From a virus (taxonomy: Duplodnaviria; Caudoviricetes), in the IMG/VR virus record IMGVR_UViG_2833400001_000001, positions 5,232 through 69,231 of that record: a stretch of 64,000 nt of DNA. One strand, written 5' to 3'. The stretch's first letter is position 1. The number at the start of each line of letters is the position of its first letter. The position numbers and the translations under genes are program-made. The notes under the pieces are model-generated. The model was not told where the DNA came from. It saw nothing but the letters and a program-made list of their open reading frames with translations, and ran no database searches. Of this stretch, positions 1 through 8,543 are shown piece after piece.

Positions 1-1
1 G

Positions 2-382
2 GATACATTTATCAACCAAATTTATCTCAATAGCCAATTACAATTATCCTTAATTACTATGTTAGTGACTAACAAGTCTGTACCTTACAACGCTACTGGT
101 AAAGCGTTACAACGTGCAGCGTGTACAGATCCAATCAATGAAGCGTTGAATTTTGGTTCTATTGAGATCGGAATTCAGTTATCCGAATTACAAAAAGCAA
201 CCATCAATAATCAAGTTGGGTACGATGCAGCCGCATTAATTAATGCTCAAGGCTATGCGTTGCATATTGGTGATGCAACCGCGCAAGTAAGAGCTAATCG
301 CGGTTCATTCCCATCTAAATTGTGGTATGCGGACGGCGGTAGCGTTCACGCAATCAATCTTGCTTCTATTGCTGTTCAATAG
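2..382 (+). CDS. Tail sheath-like protein (DUF3383-type), C-terminal part; gene begins before the window
   Basis: Frame open from base 2 (DTFINQIYLNSQLQ...) to C-terminal WYADGGSVHAINLAS typical of this family; precedes tube-like gene. Confidence 0.75.
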   Translation, partial: DTFINQIYLNSQLQLSLITMLVTNKSVPYNATGKALQRAACTDPINEALNFGSIEIGIQLSELQKATINNQVGYDAAALINAQGYALHIGDATAQVRANRGSFPSKLWYADGGSVHAINLASIAVQ

Positions 383-446
383 TCATTATTCAATCATCTT
401 CACAAAGCGACCCAAGTGGTCGCTTTTTTATTTTTAAGGGAAAAGT

Positions 447-890
447 ATGCGTACAAATACACAAAAAACTCTTACATCTGCTAACAGTATCTTAATGCTT
501 CGATCTAGCGGTTTTAATGATAACTGGGTCAATATGGAGCAATACGCCGCGGACAATGCGTTTGATTTTGGACAAGGTTCAATCGCAGAAACTGCAATGG
601 GCGTTGATGGTGTGCAATCAGGCGGTTTTACACCGTATGAGGTAGATTTAAATATTCATTTGCAAGCTAACAGTCCTAGCCGCGATTACATGGATTCAGC
701 AATCAACTACTTCAATAATCAACAAGAAGTTGCACCATTTGAGGTGTCTTGCGAAATTCCGTCTATCAAAAAACGCTATCAAGCAAGTGGCTTTTTGACA
801 CAAGTAAGTGCAGCAACAAACGCTAAGAAACTCTTAGAGTCAGCGACTTATACATTAAAAATCGTGATTAAAAGTATTGAAGATATTTAA
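447..890 (+). CDS. Tail tube-like protein (DUF3277-type)
   Basis: 147 aa, position between sheath and chaperone; motifs ETAMGVDG and LQANSPS. Confidence 0.7.
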   Translation: MRTNTQKTLTSANSILMLRSSGFNDNWVNMEQYAADNAFDFGQGSIAETAMGVDGVQSGGFTPYEVDLNIHLQANSPSRDYMDSAINYFNNQQEVAPFEVSCEIPSIKKRYQASGFLTQVSAATNAKKLLESATYTLKIVIKSIEDI

Positions 891-939
891 CAAAGTAAGC
901 CTAGACAGTGTTCTAGGCTTTTTATTTTGAGGTGATGCA

Positions 940-1341
940 ATGTTAAAGACAAAAGAAATTGTTATCGAAAAAGGTCGTGATGCTGGTACTAAATTCATCA
1001 TCACTGAAATGCCAATTGCTAAGGCGGATAAATGGGCAATGAAAGTCTTATTGGCTTTAGCTGGTAGCGGAATTGATGTACCTAACCCACAAGACGGCAT
1101 GTTAGCTATTGTAAGAGTAGCGTTAAGTGCATTTAAGAATATTCCAGAAGAAAAATTCATTCCTTTAGCTGATGAGCTGTTAGATTGTGTAGAGATTGTG
1201 CCTAAAGGCGGACAACCTCGCAAACTTAATCTTGAGTTTAACGATGTGCAAGATATATCAACTCTGTATCGATTAAGACAGGAGGTACTGATGTTACACA
1301 TTGATTTTTTGCTACAAGACAACAACCCGATCTTGGGGTAA
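940..1341 (+). CDS. Tail assembly chaperone (gpG-like)
   Basis: 133 aa immediately upstream of tape measure; GRDAGTKFIITEMP motif; contains slippery heptamer. Confidence 0.75.
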   Translation: MLKTKEIVIEKGRDAGTKFIITEMPIAKADKWAMKVLLALAGSGIDVPNPQDGMLAIVRVALSAFKNIPEEKFIPLADELLDCVEIVPKGGQPRKLNLEFNDVQDISTLYRLRQEVLMLHIDFLLQDNNPILG

Positions 1342-1529
1342 GCGCACCAAGTAATGGTGAAAATTACTTAAATCTCAGCTCAATAGTCGGTGCGTTAATC
1401 TCGTCAAAATTGGCTACGTTACACGAACTACAAACAGTGTACAGCTTGGAAGATGCACTCGATTTAATCGAAGTATTAAGTGTAGATAATTACAATCAAA
1501 GGAAAGCGAACAATGGCAACCGTTATTGA
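1305..1529 (+). other. Programmed -1 frameshift site (T TTT TTG, 1305-1311) and gpGT-like extension
   Basis: -1 frame open from 1311 to TGA 1527-1529, encoding ...LATLHELQTVYSLEDALDLIEV...; not in ORF track. Confidence 0.75.
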
Positions 1530-3936
1530 TGCACTCTTTTTTGAATTAGGTATTGCTGGCGATTTTAATCAACAAGCGGATGAAGCGTTATCTAAAATTG
1601 ATGATTTGGAAAAAGGAATTTCCGATCTTGATGATAAGACTAAGAAAAAGTCTAAAACGGTTAAAGATGACAGTAAAGCGCTTGATGACAATAACAAGAA
1701 CTTAGAGAAGCACGAAAAGCAATCTAAGAAGAATGTTAAGGTAGCTAAAGATTTACTTGATGTCATTGTCAATTTTACTAAGACATTAGGTGCATTAGGT
1801 ACTGTCATTATGGCTGGTGTTGGTTTAAACAAGTTAGCGTTGGAGGCGGCAAATGCTAATCGAGAATTAGATAATACAGCAAAAAATATTGGCATTAGCA
1901 CAAATGCTTTAGCAAATTGGGGTAGTGCTGCTGAAATGGCTGGTGGTTCTGCTGAGGGTATGACGGGTTATCTTGGCTCATTATCTTCAAGCATTACTAA
2001 TATGGTCGTTATGGGAGATACCTCATTAGTACCATTTTTTAATGCTTTTGGTGTTGGTGTGCTTGATAGCGCTGGCAAAATGCGTAATTTAAACGATATT
2101 TTGTTAGATTTATCTGACAGTATGTCAAAAATGGATCGCACTCAAGCATACAGCATAGCTAAATCTATGGGTATGGATGATGGAACATTTAACTTACTCA
2201 TACAAGGCAGACAAGCTGTAGAGGGTTATCTTAATAATGTTAGTAAACTCTATAAATCAAACGCAGAAGATATTAAAACCTCTCAAAAACTCACAGCGGC
2301 AACAACTTACTTAAATCAACAATTTGAAAGCTTACAATTAATGATTGCTAATGCAGTTGCGCCGATGTTGTTAAAAATATCAGAAATAGTTACGGGCTTT
2401 TTTGATTACTTACAACGCCATGAGGATCTTGTTAAAGGGGTATTTTTTGGTATTGCGACAGCGATTTCAGTTGCACTAATTCCTACTTTAATTTCTGCCA
2501 CCACTGCTGTATTTAGCTTTATGGCGCCGTTTTTACCTGTAATTGCAATAGTGTTAGGTTTAGCAGCTGCATTTGGTTTGTTATATGAAGACTATGCAAA
2601 ATGGGCAAAAGGTGGTGAAAGTTTATTTGATTGGGGTAAGTTGATTCAATGGATTGACGGAGCTGACTTCTCAATTAAAAACTTATTAAAAGCGATTTTA
2701 TTTTTTAATACAGGCTATACCGATCTTACTAGCATAATTGAAGATGGCAAGGCGTGGTTAGAGCTAAAAGGATTCATGAAAGATGGAAAAGTCAGTGTTG
2801 ATTCGATCATAACAGGCTTTAGAAACCTTGCTAGCGACTTAATTAACGCAGTATTGCCAGCTTTAAGAAAAGTTGGAGATACCATTTCAAAATTGCTTGA
2901 TGGTGATTTTGAAGGCGCGTGGGAAGGTGTTAAAGATTTGGGTAATGATGCGTGGGAAGCTGGTAAAGATTTAGCTAATGACGTTTGGACTGGAGCTAAG
3001 AAAAAGTTTACAGGATTTGCTGATGTATTTGGTGGATATGATCCAAATAAGAATGAAAACTCAATGACTCAGCTTGAAGAAAGCGGCAAGCTTTACAATA
3101 ATGAAAAAGGGTTTAAAGGGTTTGGTGCTGAAGTTGATGGTTATATAAAAGAAGCTTCAGAAATGTTTGGTATGGATGAAAAAACTCTTAGAGGCTTTAT
3201 TAAAATGGAGGATGGTTGGACTGGGAAAATGTCTCCTACAGGGGCTATTGGAACAGGACAATTCACAAAAGATACATGGAATGACTTAGCTAAAACAAAA
3301 GAAGGGCAAGCAATAGGAATGACTTTAATTGACAGTTCTAATTTTAGAAAAGATAGTGATCCTAGGTATAACAAACGTATTAATACGCTGGCAACTGCAC
3401 TTTTAGCTAAAAAGAATGGAGAATATTTGCAAAAATATGGCATAGAAGCTACAGGAGAAAATTTATATATGGCCCACAATATCGGATTAGGTGCATTTAC
3501 TCGCGCTATGAGAGGTAATGCAACTGAAGATGATATTAAAGCCATGCGATTAAATGGTATGACTAATGAAATGACGCCGCAAAGTTTTGTTAGATACCAA
3601 AAATCTAGATTTAATCGACACTACGCTCAAGCAAATAATCCTCAAAATAACGATAAAGAAGTATCTTATTCATCACAAACCAAACTTAATGAAAATCAGC
3701 CAATACTAGGGCAAAATATTGCTAATGCTTCAAGAAATGTAATGCCTATGTTGCAAAATGCACAAAATCTTGCCCAAAGTAGAAATATTAGCAATAATAC
3801 TCAAGTGGTTTTTAATGGTGGAGTGCAAGTACAAACAAGCGCTTCAACAATGAGTGGTACAGCTACTGATTTCGCAAAAACATTGAGCGAAGATAGATCT
3901 TTCTTGTTAATGAGGAATAATTACGGAGTGAACTAA
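1513..3936 (+). CDS. Tape measure protein with C-terminal lysozyme/transglycosylase-like domain
   Basis: 807 aa Ala/Gly-rich helical protein with hydrophobic mid segment; EDGWTG..AIGTGQFT..TW and YMAHNIG motifs. Confidence 0.85.
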   Translation: MATVIDALFFELGIAGDFNQQADEALSKIDDLEKGISDLDDKTKKKSKTVKDDSKALDDNNKNLEKHEKQSKKNVKVAKDLLDVIVNFTKTLGALGTVIMAGVGLNKLALEAANANRELDNTAKNIGISTNALANWGSAAEMAGGSAEGMTGYLGSLSSSITNMVVMGDTSLVPFFNAFGVGVLDSAGKMRNLNDILLDLSDSMSKMDRTQAYSIAKSMGMDDGTFNLLIQGRQAVEGYLNNVSKLYKSNAEDIKTSQKLTAATTYLNQQFESLQLMIANAVAPMLLKISEIVTGFFDYLQRHEDLVKGVFFGIATAISVALIPTLISATTAVFSFMAPFLPVIAIVLGLAAAFGLLYEDYAKWAKGGESLFDWGKLIQWIDGADFSIKNLLKAILFFNTGYTDLTSIIEDGKAWLELKGFMKDGKVSVDSIITGFRNLASDLINAVLPALRKVGDTISKLLDGDFEGAWEGVKDLGNDAWEAGKDLANDVWTGAKKKFTGFADVFGGYDPNKNENSMTQLEESGKLYNNEKGFKGFGAEVDGYIKEASEMFGMDEKTLRGFIKMEDGWTGKMSPTGAIGTGQFTKDTWNDLAKTKEGQAIGMTLIDSSNFRKDSDPRYNKRINTLATALLAKKNGEYLQKYGIEATGENLYMAHNIGLGAFTRAMRGNATEDDIKAMRLNGMTNEMTPQSFVRYQKSRFNRHYAQANNPQNNDKEVSYSSQTKLNENQPILGQNIANASRNVMPMLQNAQNLAQSRNISNNTQVVFNGGVQVQTSASTMSGTATDFAKTLSEDRSFLLMRNNYGVN

Positions 3937-4340
3937 TGTTAAAGAGATTAATTCCTTTATGTGTGGCAGTTTCATTTTCTAGTTTTGCAATATCAAGCGA
4001 GACGTGTTTATATGCTGGATTTAATGAGAAGTTAAATTCAGTAAAATGTGACATATCAACACCACAAGGCGTTGAACCAGATGGAATTAATCCTCTTTTT
4101 CTGAAAATGATTAAATTTGATGGGAAATTAAGATACTTTTACATTGAACAGCATAGCGAAAACGATAGTAGTGCTAATATTGGTTTCTTAAGTGACGATG
4201 CTTTTTCTTTAGCTAAAAGTGGAAGTTCATTTTTCTGGATTGATAAAAATAAGAATATTGTTAACAATTTAAGTAATAGTTCTTATGAATGTTTGCAAAA
4301 CAATAAATCTAAAGAAATGCTTTGTATATCTAGTTGGTAA
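3936..4340 (+). CDS. Hypothetical exported protein (moron)
   Basis: N-terminal signal peptide-like sequence; very AT-rich; inserted between tape measure and baseplate genes. Confidence 0.6.
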   Translation: MLKRLIPLCVAVSFSSFAISSETCLYAGFNEKLNSVKCDISTPQGVEPDGINPLFLKMIKFDGKLRYFYIEQHSENDSSANIGFLSDDAFSLAKSGSSFFWIDKNKNIVNNLSNSSYECLQNNKSKEMLCISSW

Positions 4341-4346
4341 TTAGAT

Positions 4347-5192
4347 ATGGGGTTTAAATTTAGAAAAAGAATAAAAGTAATGCCAGGTCTTACTATAAAT
4401 TTAAGTAAGAGTGGTATAAGCACAACAGTTGGCACAAAAGGTCTATCTGTTAATTTAGGTAAAAAAGGAGCTTACTTAAATACAGGGATTCCTGGGACAG
4501 GAATTTATAACAGGGAAAAACTGGCGCCTAATAAATCAGATGATGATATTAAATATAAAAATAACACTAAAGAAAATAGAATGTCGAATAGATCTGTAGC
4601 TCTTGAAATCCAAAGATTAGCTTCATTAAGAGATAATGGAGTGATTACCGAAGATGAATTTCAACGAGAAAAAAATAAAGTTCTTAATTACGAACAAGAA
4701 AAAACAATAAATGAAGAACAAATTTTAAGCTCTTATATTAAAATGAGCAAGAAAAGAACAAAAGCTTCATTTATTGCTTTCTTTTTTGGATTTTTAGGTT
4801 TACATAAGTTCTATTTAGGTAGAACGTGGCAAGGTATAATTTATTTAATTCTATTCTTTACTGGATTAAGCTTTTTTCTATGGTTGATTGATATATTTAT
4901 ATTGGGATTTATGTCTGATGAAAGGTTTTTACTAAAATATAATAGGAATTTGTTACTGAATTTAGGTGTTGATATTGATTATATAGACAGAAATTCATCT
5001 TTTTATGATTTATTAGTAAGAAATGGCAGTAAATATAGACACAATGGTGGATTTATATCAACTATCCTTAAAATAGTTTTGTTAGTATTGTTATTCGTAA
5101 TTGCTTTTGTATCTGTACAGTCTAATTCCGAACATAATAAGTCTTATTTGAGACAGATGTTTGGCGATAATAAAGTTGAGAAAGTTAAGTAG
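4347..5192 (+). CDS. DUF4236-SHOCT-TM2 fusion membrane protein (moron)
   Basis: N-term MGFKFRKRIKVMPGLTINLSKSG (DUF4236-like), LASLRDNGVITEDEFQREK (SHOCT-like), AFFFGFLGLHKFYLG (TM2-like). Confidence 0.7.
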   Translation: MGFKFRKRIKVMPGLTINLSKSGISTTVGTKGLSVNLGKKGAYLNTGIPGTGIYNREKLAPNKSDDDIKYKNNTKENRMSNRSVALEIQRLASLRDNGVITEDEFQREKNKVLNYEQEKTINEEQILSSYIKMSKKRTKASFIAFFFGFLGLHKFYLGRTWQGIIYLILFFTGLSFFLWLIDIFILGFMSDERFLLKYNRNLLLNLGVDIDYIDRNSSFYDLLVRNGSKYRHNGGFISTILKIVLLVLLFVIAFVSVQSNSEHNKSYLRQMFGDNKVEKVK

Positions 5193-5224
5193 TTAAAAAG
5201 CCTGTTAAAAAACAGGCTTTATAC

Positions 5225-5404
5225 TTATTGAGCATTTTTCAATAGCTCAATCGCTTGTTCTAATACTTTACCTTTAGAAATACCTAGTATTTCAGAAAGT
5301 TGATCAATGTCATCTGAAACAGATTTAGGAATCTTAAAGGATTTTGTCACTATACCTCGTTTAGCTTCGCTACGAGCGTTAATCTCTGTTCTTGACAATG
5401 CCAT
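5225..5404 (-). CDS. Small ribbon-helix-helix/HTH-type DNA-binding protein (59 aa, MALSRTEINARS...)
   Basis: ATG at 5402-5404; TKSFKIPKSVSDDIDQLSEILGISKGKVLEQAIELL has strand-helix-helix RHH pattern. Confidence 0.6.
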   Translation of the reverse strand: MALSRTEINARSEAKRGIVTKSFKIPKSVSDDIDQLSEILGISKGKVLEQAIELLKNAQ

Positions 5405-5427
5405 ATAATTTACCTTATAGTACGTTT

Positions 5428-5560
5428 TGAAGAACTGGGGAGTTGCCGCTCCCCAGATTATCACCTAGTAAGCTGGTAGACTTACTAACAACAAGGCGAT
5501 AAGGATAATTAGCTTAAACATTTTCTTATCCTCTTCAACCGTAAGGATTAAGCCTTACAC
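5428..5560 (+). ncRNA. Putative Sib-like antisense antitoxin RNA
   Basis: TTGACA(5392)-18-TATAGT(5416) promoter; 5' hairpin GGGGAG-TTGCCG-CTCCCC; spans the ibs-like ORF in antisense; 3' hairpin GTAAGG-ATTAAG-CCTTAC; ends approximate. Confidence 0.55.
5465..5521 (-). CDS. Ibs-like 18-aa hydrophobic toxin peptide MFKLIILIALLLVSLPAY
   Basis: ATG 5519-5521, TAG 5465-5467, GAGG RBS upstream; pattern matches the E. coli Ibs family (e.g. MMRLVIILIVLLLISFSAY, recalled). Confidence 0.75.
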   Translation of the reverse strand: MFKLIILIALLLVSLPAY

Positions 5561-5592
5561 TCACTTTCAAGCTGTCCCTTGAAAGTGAGATT

Positions 5593-5621
5593 ATTATATT
5601 GTATGTTTACATACAAATCAA
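5593..5621 (-). promoter_or_regulatory. Sigma70-type promoter with palindromic operator driving ibs-like + RHH genes
   Basis: Minus strand TTGATT-17-TATAAT; palindrome TTGTATGT-TT-ACATACAA (5599-5616) fills the spacer. Confidence 0.7.
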
Positions 5622-5760
5622 GAGATTTTTTTGATAAAGCCTGTTTTTTAACAGGCTTTATTTTTATCTAGTAGTAATACCTCATTAATTCAATTCTGGT
5701 CTGTTATTCCCTATCTCAACAATCTCTTTATATTCACAATTTAATTTCTTTGGAGCAAAA

Positions 5761-6384
5761 ATGTGGAACTCAATCGGTATTCCTAGCGTGCCAGGATTGC
5801 CAAAAAATATTGGTGATGCCGCAATTAAATTTGGTGGAGCATTATTAATTAATGCGCTATTTGATAATTATTGGGGCATTTTCGATCAAAATGGCATTCC
5901 GCTGTTATTGGCTGATAATGTCAAATCCGTAAGGTTTAAAAACTCCTCAAAAGTAGCTGAAGCACCTTTAGAAATGGGGTCATTCACTAATTACAACAAA
6001 GTTAACGATCCGTTTACTGTTGATGTGATGATGACAAAAGGCAGTGGTGGAGTAGTTGAGAGAAGTGCATTTTTAGCTTTGTTAGATGTATTTGCTAATA
6101 GTACCGATCTGTTTATGGTGATTACGCCAGAATCTATTTATCCAAATTGTAATATTATTGGCTATGACTACGCGCGAGAACATAACGATGGTGCTAGATT
6201 ATTGAAAGTAAATATCCATTTAAAAGAGATTAGAGAAGTACAAGCCGAATATACGGAAACTAAATCTGATACCTCTAGCGCTACACAAAAGCAAGGTAAA
6301 GTGTCACCGATAGAGCAAGGTGGCTCTTCTAGCAACAAATCTGTTTTGAAAGAATTATCCGAATTTTTTGGTAAGAAACCATGA
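5761..6384 (+). CDS. Phage baseplate/tail-tube initiator-like protein
   Basis: 207 aa; APLEMGSFTNYNKV motif; first gene of baseplate cluster. Confidence 0.65.
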   Translation: MWNSIGIPSVPGLPKNIGDAAIKFGGALLINALFDNYWGIFDQNGIPLLLADNVKSVRFKNSSKVAEAPLEMGSFTNYNKVNDPFTVDVMMTKGSGGVVERSAFLALLDVFANSTDLFMVITPESIYPNCNIIGYDYAREHNDGARLLKVNIHLKEIREVQAEYTETKSDTSSATQKQGKVSPIEQGGSSSNKSVLKELSEFFGKKP

Positions 6385-6689
6385 GTATTTATCAGATTCC
6401 ATTAGCCAGCACACCTAATCAAGAACTTACAGTTAATGTTGGTGGGCAGAATATCGGCATTACACTAAATACACGCTTGAATAACGAGCTTTACATCTCA
6501 GTTACAGCTGATGATAAGCAAATTATTAATAATCGTATTTGTCGCAACAAAACAAAGCTAATTAATGCGGAATATCAAGACATTAACGGAGAATTAGTCT
6601 TTTTAGACTCGCAAGGTAATTCAGATCCAAATTGGAAAGAATTAAATTCTCGCTATTTATTATATTGGGTTGATAAAGATGAGTTTTAA
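6381..6689 (+). CDS. Baseplate plug-like protein
   Basis: 102 aa; IPLASTPNQELTV N-terminus and SRYLLYW C-terminus; overlaps neighbours. Confidence 0.6.
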   Translation: MSIYQIPLASTPNQELTVNVGGQNIGITLNTRLNNELYISVTADDKQIINNRICRNKTKLINAEYQDINGELVFLDSQGNSDPNWKELNSRYLLYWVDKDEF

Positions 6690-7566
6690 TAAAAAGCGTT
6701 TAAAAGTCACTCTCTATCTTGGTGAAAAAGGAAAATCATTTGATGACAACGGTAAAAATACAGTTGTTTTAGAGAATTTTCGTGTTTCTGCAATGGTGCA
6801 AAGTGGCAACGGTTCTGGTGCTTCTCCAACCGCTAAAATAATGATATGGGGGTTGGGTAAAAACATCATTAATCAAGTCACAAAAATACACTGGAACACA
6901 GAACAATCACAGCTTAACAGCATTAAATTAGAAGCGGATAATGGTGATGGTGTTTATTATGTAGTGTATCAAGGAACGATTTCTTTTGCTTATCCCAACT
7001 TTGGATCTGCTCCTGAACACATCTTAACTATTGATTCCGTTACAGCCTTAAATCATCAAGTTTTGCCTACTCAACCAACAAGTCATAACGGTTCTGCTGA
7101 TGTTGCGGATATGATTAAAACGCTATGTGACAGTATGGGAATGAAATTTGAGAACAATGGTGTAAATATTAAGCTATCAAATCCTTATCTACCACAAACC
7201 GCATTAGAGAAAGTAAGACAAATTTGCGAAAGTGCTAACATCAGTATGTATCTTGATAAAGATACCATTGCTATTGCACTTAAAGATCAACCACGCAAGA
7301 CTAAAATTGCCGTTTTATCACCAAATACAGGGCTTATCGGTTATCCAGTGCCTAATCTACAGGGCATAACATTAAAAGCGCTATACGATCAAAGTGTTAT
7401 CTTTGGTGGTTTAATAGAAATTAAGGATAGTCAAATTGAAATGGCCAATGGGCAGTGGAGAGTGTTTGGTATTACTTATTATTTAGAAAGTGAATTACCA
7501 AGTGGACGGTGGGAAATGGAAATACAAGCCGCTAGTCCGACAGGAGGTGCGAGAATTGCAAAATAA
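6679..7566 (+). CDS. Baseplate hub protein
   Basis: About 295 aa; LSPNTGLIGYP motif; precedes spike gene; ATG at 6679. Confidence 0.65.
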   Translation: MSFNKKRLKVTLYLGEKGKSFDDNGKNTVVLENFRVSAMVQSGNGSGASPTAKIMIWGLGKNIINQVTKIHWNTEQSQLNSIKLEADNGDGVYYVVYQGTISFAYPNFGSAPEHILTIDSVTALNHQVLPTQPTSHNGSADVADMIKTLCDSMGMKFENNGVNIKLSNPYLPQTALEKVRQICESANISMYLDKDTIAIALKDQPRKTKIAVLSPNTGLIGYPVPNLQGITLKALYDQSVIFGGLIEIKDSQIEMANGQWRVFGITYYLESELPSGRWEMEIQAASPTGGARIAK

Positions 7567-8185
7567 TAATTTCGCTCTTATGAATATAGAGCAACTATTC
7601 AATAAAGATTACAACTTCATCATATCCAGCCTAATAAACCGCATTCAAACCGTCACATTAGTTCAAGTTAAAGCCGTTAATGTAACAGGAGTTAATCCTG
7701 TTGGTACAGTTGATGTGCAACCAATGGTAGCGCAGCTTGATGGGCAAGGTGGTATACATCCGCATGGAATTATTTTTAATATTCCTTACTTTAGGTTACA
7801 GGGTGGTTCTAACGCCGTTATTATCGATCCTAAAGTTGGCGATATTGGAATGTGCGGTTTTTGTAGCAGGGATATATCTTCAATTAAAAATACGAAAAAA
7901 CCAAGTTCACCTCAAAGCCGTCGGAAGTTTGATTATGCTGACGGCTTATTTTTTGGTGGGTTTTTAAATGGTACGCCAAGTCAGTATATCTTTTTCAAAG
8001 AAAGCGGAATTGATGTTATTTCTCCAGGCGAAGTGAAAATTAAGGCTTCTAAAATCACGTTAGATGCGCCTGTTAAAACAACATCTACTATTGATTCTGA
8101 TGGTGATATGACTGCTGGCAGCATATCAGTACAAAACCACATACATCCAGGTGATAGTGGTGGAACAACAGGAAAACCTCAGTAG
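7490..8185 (+). CDS. Baseplate spike (Gp138-type); real start probably TTG 7556
   Basis: GTVDVQP, NIPYFRLQGG, DPKVGDIG motifs and C-terminal HIHPGDSGG. Confidence 0.8.
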   Translation: MNYQVDGGKWKYKPLVRQEVRELQNNNFALMNIEQLFNKDYNFIISSLINRIQTVTLVQVKAVNVTGVNPVGTVDVQPMVAQLDGQGGIHPHGIIFNIPYFRLQGGSNAVIIDPKVGDIGMCGFCSRDISSIKNTKKPSSPQSRRKFDYADGLFFGGFLNGTPSQYIFFKESGIDVISPGEVKIKASKITLDAPVKTTSTIDSDGDMTAGSISVQNHIHPGDSGGTTGKPQ

Positions 8186-8192
8186 GTGGCTA

Positions 8193-8543
8193 ATGGAAAC
8201 GTTATTTTTACATCCAAATACATGGGATTTGGCGTTAGATGATGGTGGAAATATTGCTTTAGCTAAAGATCCATACTCAAAAGCTCAAGATGTTGCTAGT
8301 GCGATAAAGCTATTTAAAGGTGAGTTGTACTACAACACGAAAAAAGGAATACCGTACTTTGAAGAAACGCTAGGTCAGAAACAATCTTATGCGTTGTATA
8401 AATATCGCTTAGAAAAGGCAGCTTTAACAGTTCCTGATGTCGTTAGTGCAAGAGCAAATATTACAGGGAAAGCTGGACGCGTATTAAGCGGACAAGTGTT
8501 TTTTACTGATGAAAAAGGTAAGGAGTTGAGTGTACAGCTATGA
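8193..8543 (+). CDS. Baseplate wedge gp25/W-like protein
   Basis: TWDLALDDGGNIA, LFKGELYYNTKKGIPY motifs; between spike and J-like gene. Confidence 0.7.
   Translation: METLFLHPNTWDLALDDGGNIALAKDPYSKAQDVASAIKLFKGELYYNTKKGIPYFEETLGQKQSYALYKYRLEKAALTVPDVVSARANITGKAGRVLSGQVFFTDEKGKELSVQL

Larger units (their letters stand above)
5197..5659. repeat. Perfect 24-bp inverted repeat pair (5197-5220 and 5636-5659), each a hairpin terminator-like element
   Basis: AAAGCCTGTTAAAAAACAGGCTTT is the exact reverse complement of AAAGCCTGTTTTTTAACAGGCTTT. Confidence 0.9.
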
